From IMG/VR virus record IMGVR_UViG_3300027759_003827, positions 1-64,000 of that record: 64,000 nt of DNA. The stretch is one strand, 5' to 3'. The position numbers were made by a program, and so were the translations under genes. The notes under the pieces are model-generated. The model did no database searches and was not told the DNA's origin. It worked only from the letters and a program-made list of their open reading frames with translations. Each line of letters begins with the position of its first letter. Within the stretch, counting starts at the first letter, position 1. Origin of the DNA: a virus. Positions 1-8,289 of the stretch are shown one piece after another.

Positions 1-76
1 TGTCATAACTCTTACCATTATGTCTAACAACTGTAGTAATAGTTCTATAGAGGACTGGCTTGTCTACTATCTTCAT
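1..76 (-). CDS. hypothetical protein, 5' part only (MKIVDKPVLYRTITTVVRHNGKSYD..., runs off the window)
   Basis: ATG at 76 with the same AAATCAAAGTTATG leader as the genes starting at 437 and 712; promoter at 98-129. Confidence 0.7.
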   Translation of the reverse strand, partial: MKIVDKPVLYRTITTVVRHNGKSYD

Positions 77-97
77 AACTTTGATTTTTAATTTACA

Positions 98-129
98 TAA
101 AGTTAGGAGTTATATTTCATACTTCCAAC
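98..129 (-). promoter_or_regulatory. Bacteroidota-type (-33/-7) early promoter
   Basis: GTTG-N20-TAACTTTA, matching the TTTG-N19-21-TAnnTTTG consensus. Confidence 0.75.
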
Positions 130-140
130 TATTTTATTTA

Positions 141-437
141 CTATTCATAATCTGTACATTCTCCTGAGATGTTAAATACAACTCTAGGTTTATAGTCTTT
201 AATAGACTCTTCTAGTTCTTTAATCTCATCTTCATCCATATCATCCCTATCACTATACCCCGTCTCCTCTATTAACTTTCTCTCAATCTCATCTTCATCC
301 AAATCCTCAACCTCAAGATCCCAATCCCCATCACTACAACTATCGAAACTTCTTCCTGATTCAATACCACAAGTGAATACTACTTCTTGTTCAGGGTTAA
401 ACTTTTGTAACTCCTGGATTAATTCTTTTACTAACAT
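141..437 (-). CDS. hypothetical acidic phage protein
   Basis: ORF track; N-terminus MLVKELIQELQKFNPEQEV is a common small-phage-protein start. Confidence 0.8.
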   Translation of the reverse strand: MLVKELIQELQKFNPEQEVVFTCGIESGRSFDSCSDGDWDLEVEDLDEDEIERKLIEETGYSDRDDMDEDEIKELEESIKDYKPRVVFNISGECTDYE

Positions 438-448
438 AACTTTGATTT

Positions 449-712
449 TTAATTATTTTGAAATTCAAATTTAAATTCTTCTAACCTAATACTACAATAA
501 TCATCTCCCCTCTCACACATACTTTCATTTACAATTCTAACTTCTCCAAACCCAACTAAATACTCTAGAAAATCTAAACTATAAATTACACCCTCCTCTT
601 CTGTAAATAATACATCCTCTACACCACAAGTCTTAAACCATTTTTTAACATCCTCTAAATTCTTAAAATGAATATTCTCTTCATTTACTCTTAAACAATA
701 ATACTTTTCCAT
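449..712 (-). CDS. hypothetical protein
   Basis: ORF track, conserved leader, promoter at 735-766. Confidence 0.8.
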   Translation of the reverse strand: MEKYYCLRVNEENIHFKNLEDVKKWFKTCGVEDVLFTEEEGVIYSLDFLEYLVGFGEVRIVNESMCERGDDYCSIRLEEFKFEFQNN

Positions 713-734
713 AACTTTGATTTTTTAATTTACA

Positions 735-766
735 TAAAGGTAGGGAGTAATTTTCATACTCCCAAC
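735..766 (-). promoter_or_regulatory. early promoter with palindromic spacer
   Basis: GTTG-N20-TACCTTTA; contains GGGAGTA-N7-TACTCCC; region is a near copy of 77-130. Confidence 0.75.
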
Positions 767-772
767 TTTAAT

Positions 773-1057
773 TTAGTTTTTAATTTCGTCGAAGTAGAAA
801 GTCAAGCAACGATTTTCGCTCGTTTCAACGTCGAAGTAATTATAGTTGGAATCGTAATCCGCTCCTTCTAAAATTAATTGCTGGGCTTGCTTTAATCTCC
901 TTTCGGCCAATTTGTCTTTAATTTCGTTTCTTGGCTTTTCCATAAACGAAGTAGAGATGTAAGTTCCTCCACAACCGCAACGGCAATGGTTTCTTTTACC
1001 TTTATAAACTTGAGATACCTGGCTAACTGTAGCCTCTAAGAATTGTTGCTTAGTCAT
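773..1057 (-). CDS. hypothetical protein with CRCGCGG motif
   Basis: ORF track. Confidence 0.8.
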   Translation of the reverse strand: MTKQQFLEATVSQVSQVYKGKRNHCRCGCGGTYISTSFMEKPRNEIKDKLAERRLKQAQQLILEGADYDSNYNYFDVETSENRCLTFYFDEIKN

Positions 1058-1076
1058 ATTTTTTAATTTTGATAAC

Positions 1077-1107
1077 TAAAGATATGAACTTATTTCGAAC
1101 GAGCAAC
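1077..1107 (-). promoter_or_regulatory. early promoter
   Basis: GTTG-N19-TATCTTTA upstream of ATG 1057. Confidence 0.7.
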
Positions 1108-1200
1108 TTTTTTTTAAACTTTTTTTTGCGAAAAACCGACTCGACCGTAAAGTTAAGAACTATTCCGCATATAAAAAACTTTATTTTTCCACAACATTTA

Positions 1201-1232
1201 GTTGGGAGTCTGGTTTGTACTCCCTATCTTTA
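1201..1232 (+). promoter_or_regulatory. early promoter with palindromic spacer
   Basis: GTTG-N20-TATCTTTA; GGGAGT-N9-ACTCCC. Confidence 0.75.
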
Positions 1233-1254
1233 GGTATAATCAAACATCAAAATT

Positions 1255-1530
1255 ATGACTCAATTTCAACAGACAATGCTAGCTACCGAAAATGGTACTA
1301 TGCAAGTTCCAACAGTACATGCTGAAGGAGGAACTATTCCATTTGCTGGGTATCAATTAGCTGTTCACATCTACTCTCTAAAAATTATGGCTTTGGGTAT
1401 GAAGATGAGAGGAGTTACTTTCACTCAAATCAAAAAGTACTATGGCTTGACTGGCAAGAGTGCAAAAGATTGCTTGCCGGAATTGCAAAAGATTCAGAAA
1501 ATTTATTCAGAGAGAGCACAAATTAACTAA
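1255..1530 (+). CDS. hypothetical protein
   Basis: ORF track, own promoter, AAAATTATG leader. Confidence 0.8.
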   Translation: MTQFQQTMLATENGTMQVPTVHAEGGTIPFAGYQLAVHIYSLKIMALGMKMRGVTFTQIKKYYGLTGKSAKDCLPELQKIQKIYSERAQIN

Positions 1531-1537
1531 CAGAAGA

Positions 1538-1569
1538 GTTGGAGGCCCGAAAGGGCTTCCTTATCTTTA
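1538..1569 (+). promoter_or_regulatory. early promoter whose spacer is a GNRA-capped terminator-like hairpin
   Basis: GTTG-N20-TATCTTTA; GGAGGCCC-GAAA-GGGCTTCC at 1541-1560, just after the stop at 1530. Confidence 0.65.
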
Positions 1570-1671
1570 GTCATCAAAATCAAAAGGGCGGTTACCTCAA
1601 AAGGGAGTACCGGAGAAATCAGGCGTAACCTACGCGATAGTTTTTAAAGGTAAAATATATCTCTCCAGTTA

Positions 1672-1703
1672 GTTGGAAGTATGATATATCTTCCGTATCT
1701 TTA
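1672..1703 (+). promoter_or_regulatory. early promoter
   Basis: GTTG-N20-TATCTTTA; GGAAG-N10-CTTCC. Confidence 0.75.
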
Positions 1704-1721
1704 TGTATCTAAATTAAAATT

Positions 1722-1949
1722 ATGAAGATTCAAATCAAATCAAATCTTGATAGCATCGCTACGGATGTCTTTGCGGCTAGCAATGCCTTGGATGCCAAGC
1801 GCATCTTTATCGATCACGTTTCTAATTCTCGCATTAAAGAATCGGATAAAGTTAAGATGATAGCAGAGGCTTCTAAAATGTCTAGCCTGCTTCAGATTCA
1901 TCGCTACACAGCTAATGCTCTATTGAAGTACGAAGGCCTCGGCCTCTAG
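1722..1949 (+). CDS. hypothetical protein
   Basis: ORF track, own promoter. Confidence 0.8.
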   Translation: MKIQIKSNLDSIATDVFAASNALDAKRIFIDHVSNSRIKESDKVKMIAEASKMSSLLQIHRYTANALLKYEGLGL

Positions 1950-1995
1950 GATACAATTCAATTGTATTCTACGGTATATATAGACGGGGTACCTA
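1949..1995. repeat. direct repeat copy 1 with palindromic core ATACAATT-C-AATTGTAT
   Basis: ggatacaattcaattgtattcta (23 bp) identical at 1949 and 2323; similarity continues through tagacgg..acct. Confidence 0.9.
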
Positions 1996-1997
1996 TG

Positions 1998-2306
1998 TTA
2001 GGATACCTCAATTTCTTGATTATACACCTCGCCGGCTTTGGTTACTAGAGATGCACGTCGTCTTTCGGCAGACTCTTTAGACATTCCCTTACCCATAGCC
2101 TTAACCGTGAAATGCTCATCGTAGTCCTTTCCGGCACCTTTGATGTCTTGGGCTAGCTCTTTCGCTCCTCCTCCCACTGACTTAGAGTTAACATATGTTC
2201 TTATTCCAGATAAGATGTTCTCTTCGGTGTAGGTAGACGAGACCATAAAATGCTTTCTGCCGTTCTTAGTATTCGTAATCTCAAATACTGAATATCCTTT
2301 TGCCAT
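1998..2306 (-). CDS. degenerate GIY-YIG-like protein (likely start MAKGY at 2306)
   Basis: YSVFEITNTKNGRKHFMVSS resembles GIYKITN..NGKxYIGSS; C-terminal YN. Confidence 0.6.
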   Translation of the reverse strand: MAKGYSVFEITNTKNGRKHFMVSSTYTEENILSGIRTYVNSKSVGGGAKELAQDIKGAGKDYDEHFTVKAMGKGMSKESAERRRASLVTKAGEVYNQEIEVS

Positions 2307-2322
2307 AGCTTGCGTGTTTGCT

Positions 2323-2369
2323 GGATACAATTCAATTGTATTCTATAGTAATAAATAGACGGTTACCTA
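2323..2369. repeat. direct repeat copy 2 with palindromic core
   Basis: matches copy 1 at 1949. Confidence 0.9.
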
Positions 2370-2399
2370 AAGGTAAGGACTTTCTAGCAGGCCGCCAAC
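2368..2399 (-). promoter_or_regulatory. early promoter
   Basis: GTTG-N20-TACCTTTA. Confidence 0.65.
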
Positions 2400-2668
2400 C
2401 CTAAATTAAAGTTGCTCGTATGCAGATTAATCCTTATCGAAGGCCGGTAGGATCGATATCGATATATACTCGAATCGAAACAAAAAGTTGTTAATGTGAC
2501 ACAAAAAAAACAGACTATACTAAACTCTAGCCGTTTTCCTATGGCTATTCAATTTTTCTTACTTCATACCTATGTTCTATAGTAGATTTACTATACGCTC
2601 TTAATTATTCCCCTACACTACTATGTTATCTACGCTACTTGGTGAGATACGGTACTATGGATTACCTA

Positions 2669-2770
2669 CTACCGTATATGTCTACGGTAGAAGTATTCTA
2701 ATATCTCATCTATTACTATAAGGCTTATTATGTAGCCTAATACAACCTTACCTATCATTACGAGTATCAT
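2669..2770 (-). CDS. small hydrophobic peptide (33 aa, MILVMIGKVVLGYIISL...)
   Basis: translated by hand; below the track length cut-off; packs against its neighbour. Confidence 0.45.
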   Translation of the reverse strand: MILVMIGKVVLGYIISLIVIDEILEYFYRRHIR

Positions 2771-2776
2771 ATGTCT

Positions 2777-2926
2777 TTAATCAATGGTATCTGTCAATTG
2801 CCATACCATATATGCTAATGCGCATACTAGCTCTCCAATGAATATCCATGGTGTTAATGGAATTGTTAGTATTGATAGCATTACTAGTGTTGTTACTCCT
2901 ACTCTCTTTAATGTTCTTTTATTCAT
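2777..2926 (-). CDS. small membrane protein (49 aa, MNKRTLKRVGVTTLVMLSIL...)
   Basis: translated by hand; starts 6 bp after the stop of the 2933 gene. Confidence 0.6.
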   Translation of the reverse strand: MNKRTLKRVGVTTLVMLSILTIPLTPWIFIGELVCALAYMVWQLTDTID

Positions 2927-2932
2927 ATGCCT

Positions 2933-3238
2933 TTATTTACCGCTTTTCTCTCTTATCCATCTATACATGTAGTCTCTATCTCTTATCTCTGCTTCTTTAT
3001 CTATCGTCTCTTCTTCTTTATATCCTTCTACCGGTCTTAGTCCTGAGTATTCACATATGGCTGGATCTTGAGGACTTACTCTTTCTAACTGCTCTTTAAA
3101 CTCCTCTTTAGTGAATAGTCTATTGTCAGGATGAAAGCATGGCATATCCGTCTCCATGCTATACAGCTTATAGTTAATAGGGTCAATCGGATCACCCCAA
3201 TGCTCTACGTACTTTTTATATTCTGCGTCTAAATTCAT
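2933..3238 (-). CDS. hypothetical protein
   Basis: ORF track, operon packing. Confidence 0.75.
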   Translation of the reverse strand: MNLDAEYKKYVEHWGDPIDPINYKLYSMETDMPCFHPDNRLFTKEEFKEQLERVSPQDPAICEYSGLRPVEGYKEEETIDKEAEIRDRDYMYRWIREKSGK

Positions 3239-3243
3239 ATATC

Positions 3244-3558
3244 TTATTTAATACTCTCTTTTAATCTATCTGCTCTCTCCCTCATATACTTTATAGCCTC
3301 CTCTGTTAGATCTTTAGTAGTTAATTGTTCTACTATTAAGGCCATATCTATATAACTCTTTCTTAGCTCTTTTATCTGTGCATCTTTAGCTAATAGTGTA
3401 TTCTCTATAGCTGGTGTGTTTTGGGGACTTACTTTCTTGCTCTCTAGCCACTTATACACCTTTTCTGCTATTTCATTTTGCATTTGAGATGGTTCTTGTT
3501 GAACTATCCATATAGCAAACTGTGCATTAGTCATCTGTATTTTCATATTATATTTCAA
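3244..3558 (-). CDS. hypothetical protein
   Basis: ORF track. Confidence 0.75.
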   Translation of the reverse strand: MKYNMKIQMTNAQFAIWIVQQEPSQMQNEIAEKVYKWLESKKVSPQNTPAIENTLLAKDAQIKELRKSYIDMALIVEQLTTKDLTEEAIKYMRERADRLKESIK

Positions 3559-4225
3559 TTCTATTGATACGATTTAATTCTGGTTCTATGTAGTATTTCT
3601 TCCCTTGGTTGATCCATATATGTAAATTATAGCCTTCTTGGGAATATCCTACAAACATACTGCTTGGATCATTTAGTATCTCTCGAATCCTTGCTTCGTC
3701 TTCTGATATTTTTTCTACTTCTTTCTCTTTAATATAGACATTATACCCGTTGGGAATATGTTCTCCAGACTCTTTTTTAAATGCTTTCGGTAGTAGCCAC
3801 TCTTTATCCTTATCTTCTTGAGGACTTAGTTTCTTATATTTTCTATCGTGACAGAATGCATACTTATCCTTATCCCATATACCTGTCCATGTTGGATGAA
3901 ACTCAAACATCATACCACTCGCCTGTAGTTTTATATAGTCATCATAGTATTCATCCATCCAACTGTATGCCGGAGTATCGGATACTACTGCTTCTTCTAA
4001 TGCTTTCTTAAATGAATCGTCTAGTTTAAACTTCCTTTCAGCTGTGCCTTTTAGATAAGCTACCTTCTCTCTCTTGAATGTATAGATGTGTTCGTCTTCT
4101 ATAGATTGAGATTTATCAGTGTAGGTATGAGATATCAACTCCCATCCCTCTTTGCCTAATAGATTTAATACTTCTTCTTTGATATGATACCTATTAGTTA
4201 TAACGTTATATTCGTATTGCTTCAT
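3548..4225 (-). CDS. mosaic protein with N-terminal DUF4177-like domain
   Basis: MKQYEY...LNLLGKEGWELIS...YTFKRE pattern. Confidence 0.75.
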   Translation of the reverse strand: MKQYEYNVITNRYHIKEEVLNLLGKEGWELISHTYTDKSQSIEDEHIYTFKREKVAYLKGTAERKFKLDDSFKKALEEAVVSDTPAYSWMDEYYDDYIKLQASGMMFEFHPTWTGIWDKDKYAFCHDRKYKKLSPQEDKDKEWLLPKAFKKESGEHIPNGYNVYIKEKEVEKISEDEARIREILNDPSSMFVGYSQEGYNLHIWINQGKKYYIEPELNRINRIEI

Positions 4226-4226
4226 A

Positions 4227-4475
4227 TTATTTGTTTATATACCATTTTCCAAATTTGAATACTATTTTCCAAATACCCAGTACTAATAACATAGGTATTA
4301 TCACCGGCCAAAATATAGAGAATGTAGTAAATGCTTGTTCATTACTATCCCAGTCATCCCATCCATGCATTTCATTTTCATTCCTATCATAATCAAATCC
4401 TATTCGTTTACCAAAGTACTTAAAAAACGTTAACGTTAATAAGAAACCAAGTAAGTATGTTAGTGCTATTTTCAT
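4227..4475 (-). CDS. small membrane protein
   Basis: two hydrophobic segments, FWP motif. Confidence 0.8.
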   Translation of the reverse strand: MKIALTYLLGFLLTLTFFKYFGKRIGFDYDRNENEMHGWDDWDSNEQAFTTFSIFWPVIIPMLLVLGIWKIVFKFGKWYINK

Positions 4476-4480
4476 ATATC

Positions 4481-5017
4481 TTATTTAGGTTCTAATGCAT
4501 CCCACCACCAATGTCCTCCTCTATGTATTTCTCTTTTTAATATCTTTTTGAAGCTCGGATCTAATGTATAATATATTCCATCAAGTCTAAGCATTGGATT
4601 ATTACCATCTACTCCTACTATATCATTCTTCGTTACTATACGTTCTATTAACTGCTCTTCTTCTCTATCTGCTATCTCTTTGTGTACCTGGTGAATTTCT
4701 TCTACTGTAATATCTCTAGAGGCATAATGATTTGGATTTAAATTCATTTTAGCTTCCTTCATTACTTCGAGTCTTCTCCTTCTCTGCCACTCACTCTCTT
4801 TATTATACTTTTCTTCCCAATCTAAGTAATCTACTAGAGGATTATTCCATCCTGGTTCCTTAGCTTCTTCTATATACTTTTCAACAGCATCCATAATCTC
4901 TTTTCCGAGCTCTGCTGCTTTTGTACTATCAAATACTCCTTTTGGAATCTCTGACCAACACATCGATGCTCGTCCTAGATTGATGTATACAAGTTCTGTT
5001 AATTTTTCTCTATTCAT
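4481..5017 (-). CDS. hypothetical protein
   Basis: ORF track. Confidence 0.8.
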   Translation of the reverse strand: MNREKLTELVYINLGRASMCWSEIPKGVFDSTKAAELGKEIMDAVEKYIEEAKEPGWNNPLVDYLDWEEKYNKESEWQRRRRLEVMKEAKMNLNPNHYASRDITVEEIHQVHKEIADREEEQLIERIVTKNDIVGVDGNNPMLRLDGIYYTLDPSFKKILKREIHRGGHWWWDALEPK

Positions 5018-5027
5018 ATAACTTTAT

Positions 5028-5207
5028 TTAACTATATAATCCATCTCTTTCATCTGCTTCCATGATGTCTATTATATGTTTCTTCTGCTCTTCTTTACTT
5101 GGGAATTCGTATACGATATAAGCACCTCTATCTGTCTGTCCGACTCTTGAAGGCTTAGGAAATTCCCCTAGCATCTTAAGCGTATCCTGCATATAAACTA
5201 CTATCAT
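5028..5207 (-). CDS. hypothetical protein (59 aa, ends KKHIIDIMEADERDGLYS)
   Basis: translated by hand; fills the gap exactly. Confidence 0.65.
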   Translation of the reverse strand: MIVVYMQDTLKMLGEFPKPSRVGQTDRGAYIVYEFPSKEEQKKHIIDIMEADERDGLYS

Positions 5208-5219
5208 AAGGTTGGTTTT

Positions 5220-5786
5220 TTATTGTTCGTTCTTATATTTCCAAATAAATCCTCCAGCTGACTTTGTTTTTGTCTTTAAACACATACCAATATTATGTCT
5301 ACCTATACCCGTATTGTTTTGAGCATCTACTATACCGGGCCATTCTTTAATAAAATTATTTTGTAAATCATATTGTAATACAGGCTTTTTATGTTTTGCC
5401 GCTGATTTAGCTTTAGCTTCAGGTGCATGACACGCTGCTAAACTTTTTTTATGTCCTTCTTTCCATTTTTCAGAAACTTTTCTAGAAGATAATGATTTAG
5501 CGCTAGTATTCATATTATTTAAATGGCCGTTTATTTTACCATATTTTTCAATTTGAGTAGCCTTTACTTTTTGCCTAGCTTCAAGAGATAGCATCGCACC
5601 GTTAACAGTTCCGTATTTTTTAATTAAAGCTTTTTTTTGTTCTTCTGTTTTTTTAAATAGACCAGCCTTCTTACCAGCTTCCCTGGCAGCTGCTTTAGAA
5701 ATTTTACCGTCAGTTAACCCGCTTTCCTTATACTCCTTATTAAAGCTATCAAGCTTTGCCTGTATCTGTTCTGGTGTTAGTTTCAT
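5220..5786 (-). CDS. basic DNA-binding protein with C-terminal NUMOD1-type domain, no visible nuclease domain
   Basis: KPVLQYDLQNNFIKEWPGIVDAQ...CLKTKTKSAGGFIWKY. Confidence 0.75.
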   Translation of the reverse strand: MKLTPEQIQAKLDSFNKEYKESGLTDGKISKAAAREAGKKAGLFKKTEEQKKALIKKYGTVNGAMLSLEARQKVKATQIEKYGKINGHLNNMNTSAKSLSSRKVSEKWKEGHKKSLAACHAPEAKAKSAAKHKKPVLQYDLQNNFIKEWPGIVDAQNNTGIGRHNIGMCLKTKTKSAGGFIWKYKNEQ

Positions 5787-5787
5787 A

Positions 5788-6687
5788 TTAAATTAAAATT
5801 AAGTAAGATGAAGCCCATTTATCTAAGTAATTATCTGGATATTTTATCTTGTCTTTAGCCATTTTTTCGAATAAAGATAAGTTACGGTCAGTAATTCTAC
5901 TCCATTTATTAGCAGGCGAAGTCCAGTTTAACATTTCTAGCTTTTCCTCTAAAGTAGCATTAGGTAAATACTTTTCAATTAAAGGTTGGTTTAATAAAAC
6001 GTTTGCACAATAGCCCCAAGCAACGTTTGTATCCATACTCAAGTCTTCGTATTCAACTCTACGACGAACTGCATTCTCGTCTTTCTTTATTTGCTTTTTA
6101 CTTTCAGTAGCATTATCGATATCAACCGAACTAGCAAGAGGCTTATTAGTCAAAGTAATAAAAGTAAATCTATCTGTTGGAATCTCAAATCCACTTCTAC
6201 CTACTGCTCTATACTCTTGTAAACAAGCACCCATATCTTCGTCTAATGAAGCTAAGATAGCGGGAGTTAAAGCTTTATTCCAGCCTAATACATTTCTAGA
6301 CTTATCAAACATTCCCTTAACTACATTAATATTTTGCCTCTCAAATAAAGAATCACAATCGTCAAATATAACTCTAATTTTATCTGTACCAGGAGTCGTT
6401 TCGAGTACGTAAGCTAAATTAGCTGCAAAAGCAAATACTCCAGCATTACCTGAAACTGTAAATGGTTTTACTTTATTTTGCTTGCATATTTCCTGAGTAG
6501 TGTAAGTCTTAGAATAGCCCGGTTCGGAATAAATAAAATAATGGTCTCCGAATGGATTGTTTGTAATAGCTTCAGTTAACTTACTCTTAAGGAATTCGTA
6601 CTTTAATGTACCTTGTTGAATCCAATACTGTTCTTTAGAAGATAACTTCTTTAAAACGCTCTCTAGATTTATTTCGTTTTTTTTCAT
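5788..6687 (-). CDS. AAA+/P-loop ATPase
   Basis: Walker A-like SEPGYSKT, Walker B VIFDDCDS, sensor TLTN, arginine finger AVRRR. Confidence 0.75.
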   Translation of the reverse strand: MKKNEINLESVLKKLSSKEQYWIQQGTLKYEFLKSKLTEAITNNPFGDHYFIYSEPGYSKTYTTQEICKQNKVKPFTVSGNAGVFAFAANLAYVLETTPGTDKIRVIFDDCDSLFERQNINVVKGMFDKSRNVLGWNKALTPAILASLDEDMGACLQEYRAVGRSGFEIPTDRFTFITLTNKPLASSVDIDNATESKKQIKKDENAVRRRVEYEDLSMDTNVAWGYCANVLLNQPLIEKYLPNATLEEKLEMLNWTSPANKWSRITDRNLSLFEKMAKDKIKYPDNYLDKWASSYLILI

Positions 6688-6708
6688 AATTCTTATTTGT
6701 TTAGAGTA

Positions 6709-6740
6709 TAAAGATAGTGACTATAAATCAGGCTAACAAC
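6709..6740 (-). promoter_or_regulatory. early promoter
   Basis: GTTG-N20-TATCTTTA. Confidence 0.7.
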
Positions 6741-6747
6741 TTTTTTA

Positions 6748-7071
6748 TTAACTTCCAAAAGATACTTCGATATATCTTTTTCCGTCTACTTCTTTTAATT
6801 CAAAATCTTCGATAAAGCAATGATCTACATCTCCGCTCTTTAAATAGAGTTTATTTGCATACTTCCATAATTCCAGCCACGTAAGCTCTCTCTTAGGTAG
6901 CTTAACCTCTACAATATTAACTCCATCTACCATAATATCACCAGACAGGCCGCTATTTTGGTTTATATCCTCTATCTCGTAGATATCAAATGAAACTTCT
7001 AGGTTATTAGCAATCCCTAGATCGATAAATTTCTTAATTTGAGCTTCAATTAGCTCTTCTTTCTTTGTCAT
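6748..7071 (-). CDS. hypothetical protein
   Basis: ORF track. Confidence 0.8.
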   Translation of the reverse strand: MTKKEELIEAQIKKFIDLGIANNLEVSFDIYEIEDINQNSGLSGDIMVDGVNIVEVKLPKRELTWLELWKYANKLYLKSGDVDHCFIEDFELKEVDGKRYIEVSFGS

Positions 7072-7133
7072 AAGGTAATTTTTAATTTGTTATATAGTTA
7101 TAACACCTAACTAGCAATTCGTTTTAATATTTT

Positions 7134-7349
7134 TTATAGAGATTCTATTTCTGCTTTTACTTCTATCCAAAACTCTCCGGTGCGTATTCCAAGAGAAGCA
7201 TAGATTACCTCTCTCTCTGTTATGATTTCATCTACTACTTTTGTTGCACATAGCTTTGCAAATTCTACCATCGATACTCCTCTTGTGAAGTCTCTACCTA
7301 ATTGCTCGTAGTATTTATATAACTCTAATGCTTTCTCTTTTGGTTCCAT
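7134..7349 (-). CDS. hypothetical protein (MxPKEKAxEL...FWxEVKxEIExL small phage family)
   Basis: ORF track. Confidence 0.8.
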   Translation of the reverse strand: MEPKEKALELYKYYEQLGRDFTRGVSMVEFAKLCATKVVDEIITEREVIYASLGIRTGEFWIEVKAEIESL

Positions 7350-7353
7350 ATGT

Positions 7354-8040
7354 CTATAATTTAAATATATTACCGAATGAGGTTAATCCATAGTCAAACT
7401 TTCCATCCTCTACACATGATGCGTTAGAGAACTTCGTGTTTGGTAGTCTATGATAGGTACTAACTCCTTGATTTTCAATGTCCTTAAGGTTATGTATATG
7501 TCCAAATAGCATTAGCTTTGGCTTCACTCTCATTACAGCCGCTACGAGAGCCTTATCACCGCACATCTCTAAATCGTTATCTCTATTATAGGATAGATCG
7601 CGTACGCCTTTAGGAGGTCCATGTACAACTAATATGTCTGTATCATCTGGAATAGTATCCCATACAAAGTGTGTCTTGTCTCTAGCCTTCATAAAAGACC
7701 AATCACCAAACGTAGGTGTAATAGGTGAACCCCATATTTTTAGTCCTTCTATCTCAACAGACTCGTTCTCTAAATAGATAATATCTTTTAACAGCATATC
7801 AGAATGCTCTACTTGCTTTCTAGCTATAGCCGTATCATGATTACCTGCTACAAATATTTTATACTTGACAGGAACCTTTCCATACCATTCTAAAAACTCT
7901 GTTATCTCTCTCTTGGAAGACTCTAGGAATGGACTATTAGAACAATCACCGCTATGTATCACCATATCTATTCCTTCAAATCTCTCTTTAGGAAATAGAT
8001 CATGCATGCAATGAGTATCGCTTATGTGTAAAATTCTCAT
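7354..8040 (-). CDS. calcineurin-like metallophosphoesterase
   Basis: DTH, GD, AGNHD, HGPP, FGHIH motifs. Confidence 0.9.
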   Translation of the reverse strand: MRILHISDTHCMHDLFPKERFEGIDMVIHSGDCSNSPFLESSKREITEFLEWYGKVPVKYKIFVAGNHDTAIARKQVEHSDMLLKDIIYLENESVEIEGLKIWGSPITPTFGDWSFMKARDKTHFVWDTIPDDTDILVVHGPPKGVRDLSYNRDNDLEMCGDKALVAAVMRVKPKLMLFGHIHNLKDIENQGVSTYHRLPNTKFSNASCVEDGKFDYGLTSFGNIFKL

Positions 8041-8045
8041 ATTAA

Positions 8046-8288
8046 TTACTTAATTAAATTATCCAAGTCAACTGAATGATGAGACATGATCCTATAGAGT
8101 TCATCTCTAGTCTCTTGTAGAGCGTCGTATACTTCCTTAGACATAGAATCAGGAGCATGCTTAATTGTTCTTCTTAAGTATTGATCTACGTCCCATAATG
8201 CCATAGCTATATCTAAAGCTTTGACTGCTCTTAGATGAGCTATCTGATCATCTTGATCATCTAGATTAAACTTTAATATACCTTCCAT
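8046..8288 (-). CDS. hypothetical protein
   Basis: ORF track. Confidence 0.8.
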   Translation of the reverse strand: MEGILKFNLDDQDDQIAHLRAVKALDIAMALWDVDQYLRRTIKHAPDSMSKEVYDALQETRDELYRIMSHHSVDLDNLIK

Positions 8289-8289
8289 A

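Noticed and set aside
2784-3099. Plus-strand ORFs 2784-2972 and 2848-3099
   Set aside because: Antisense shadows of minus-strand genes (2777-2926, 2933-3238); no promoter or leader.
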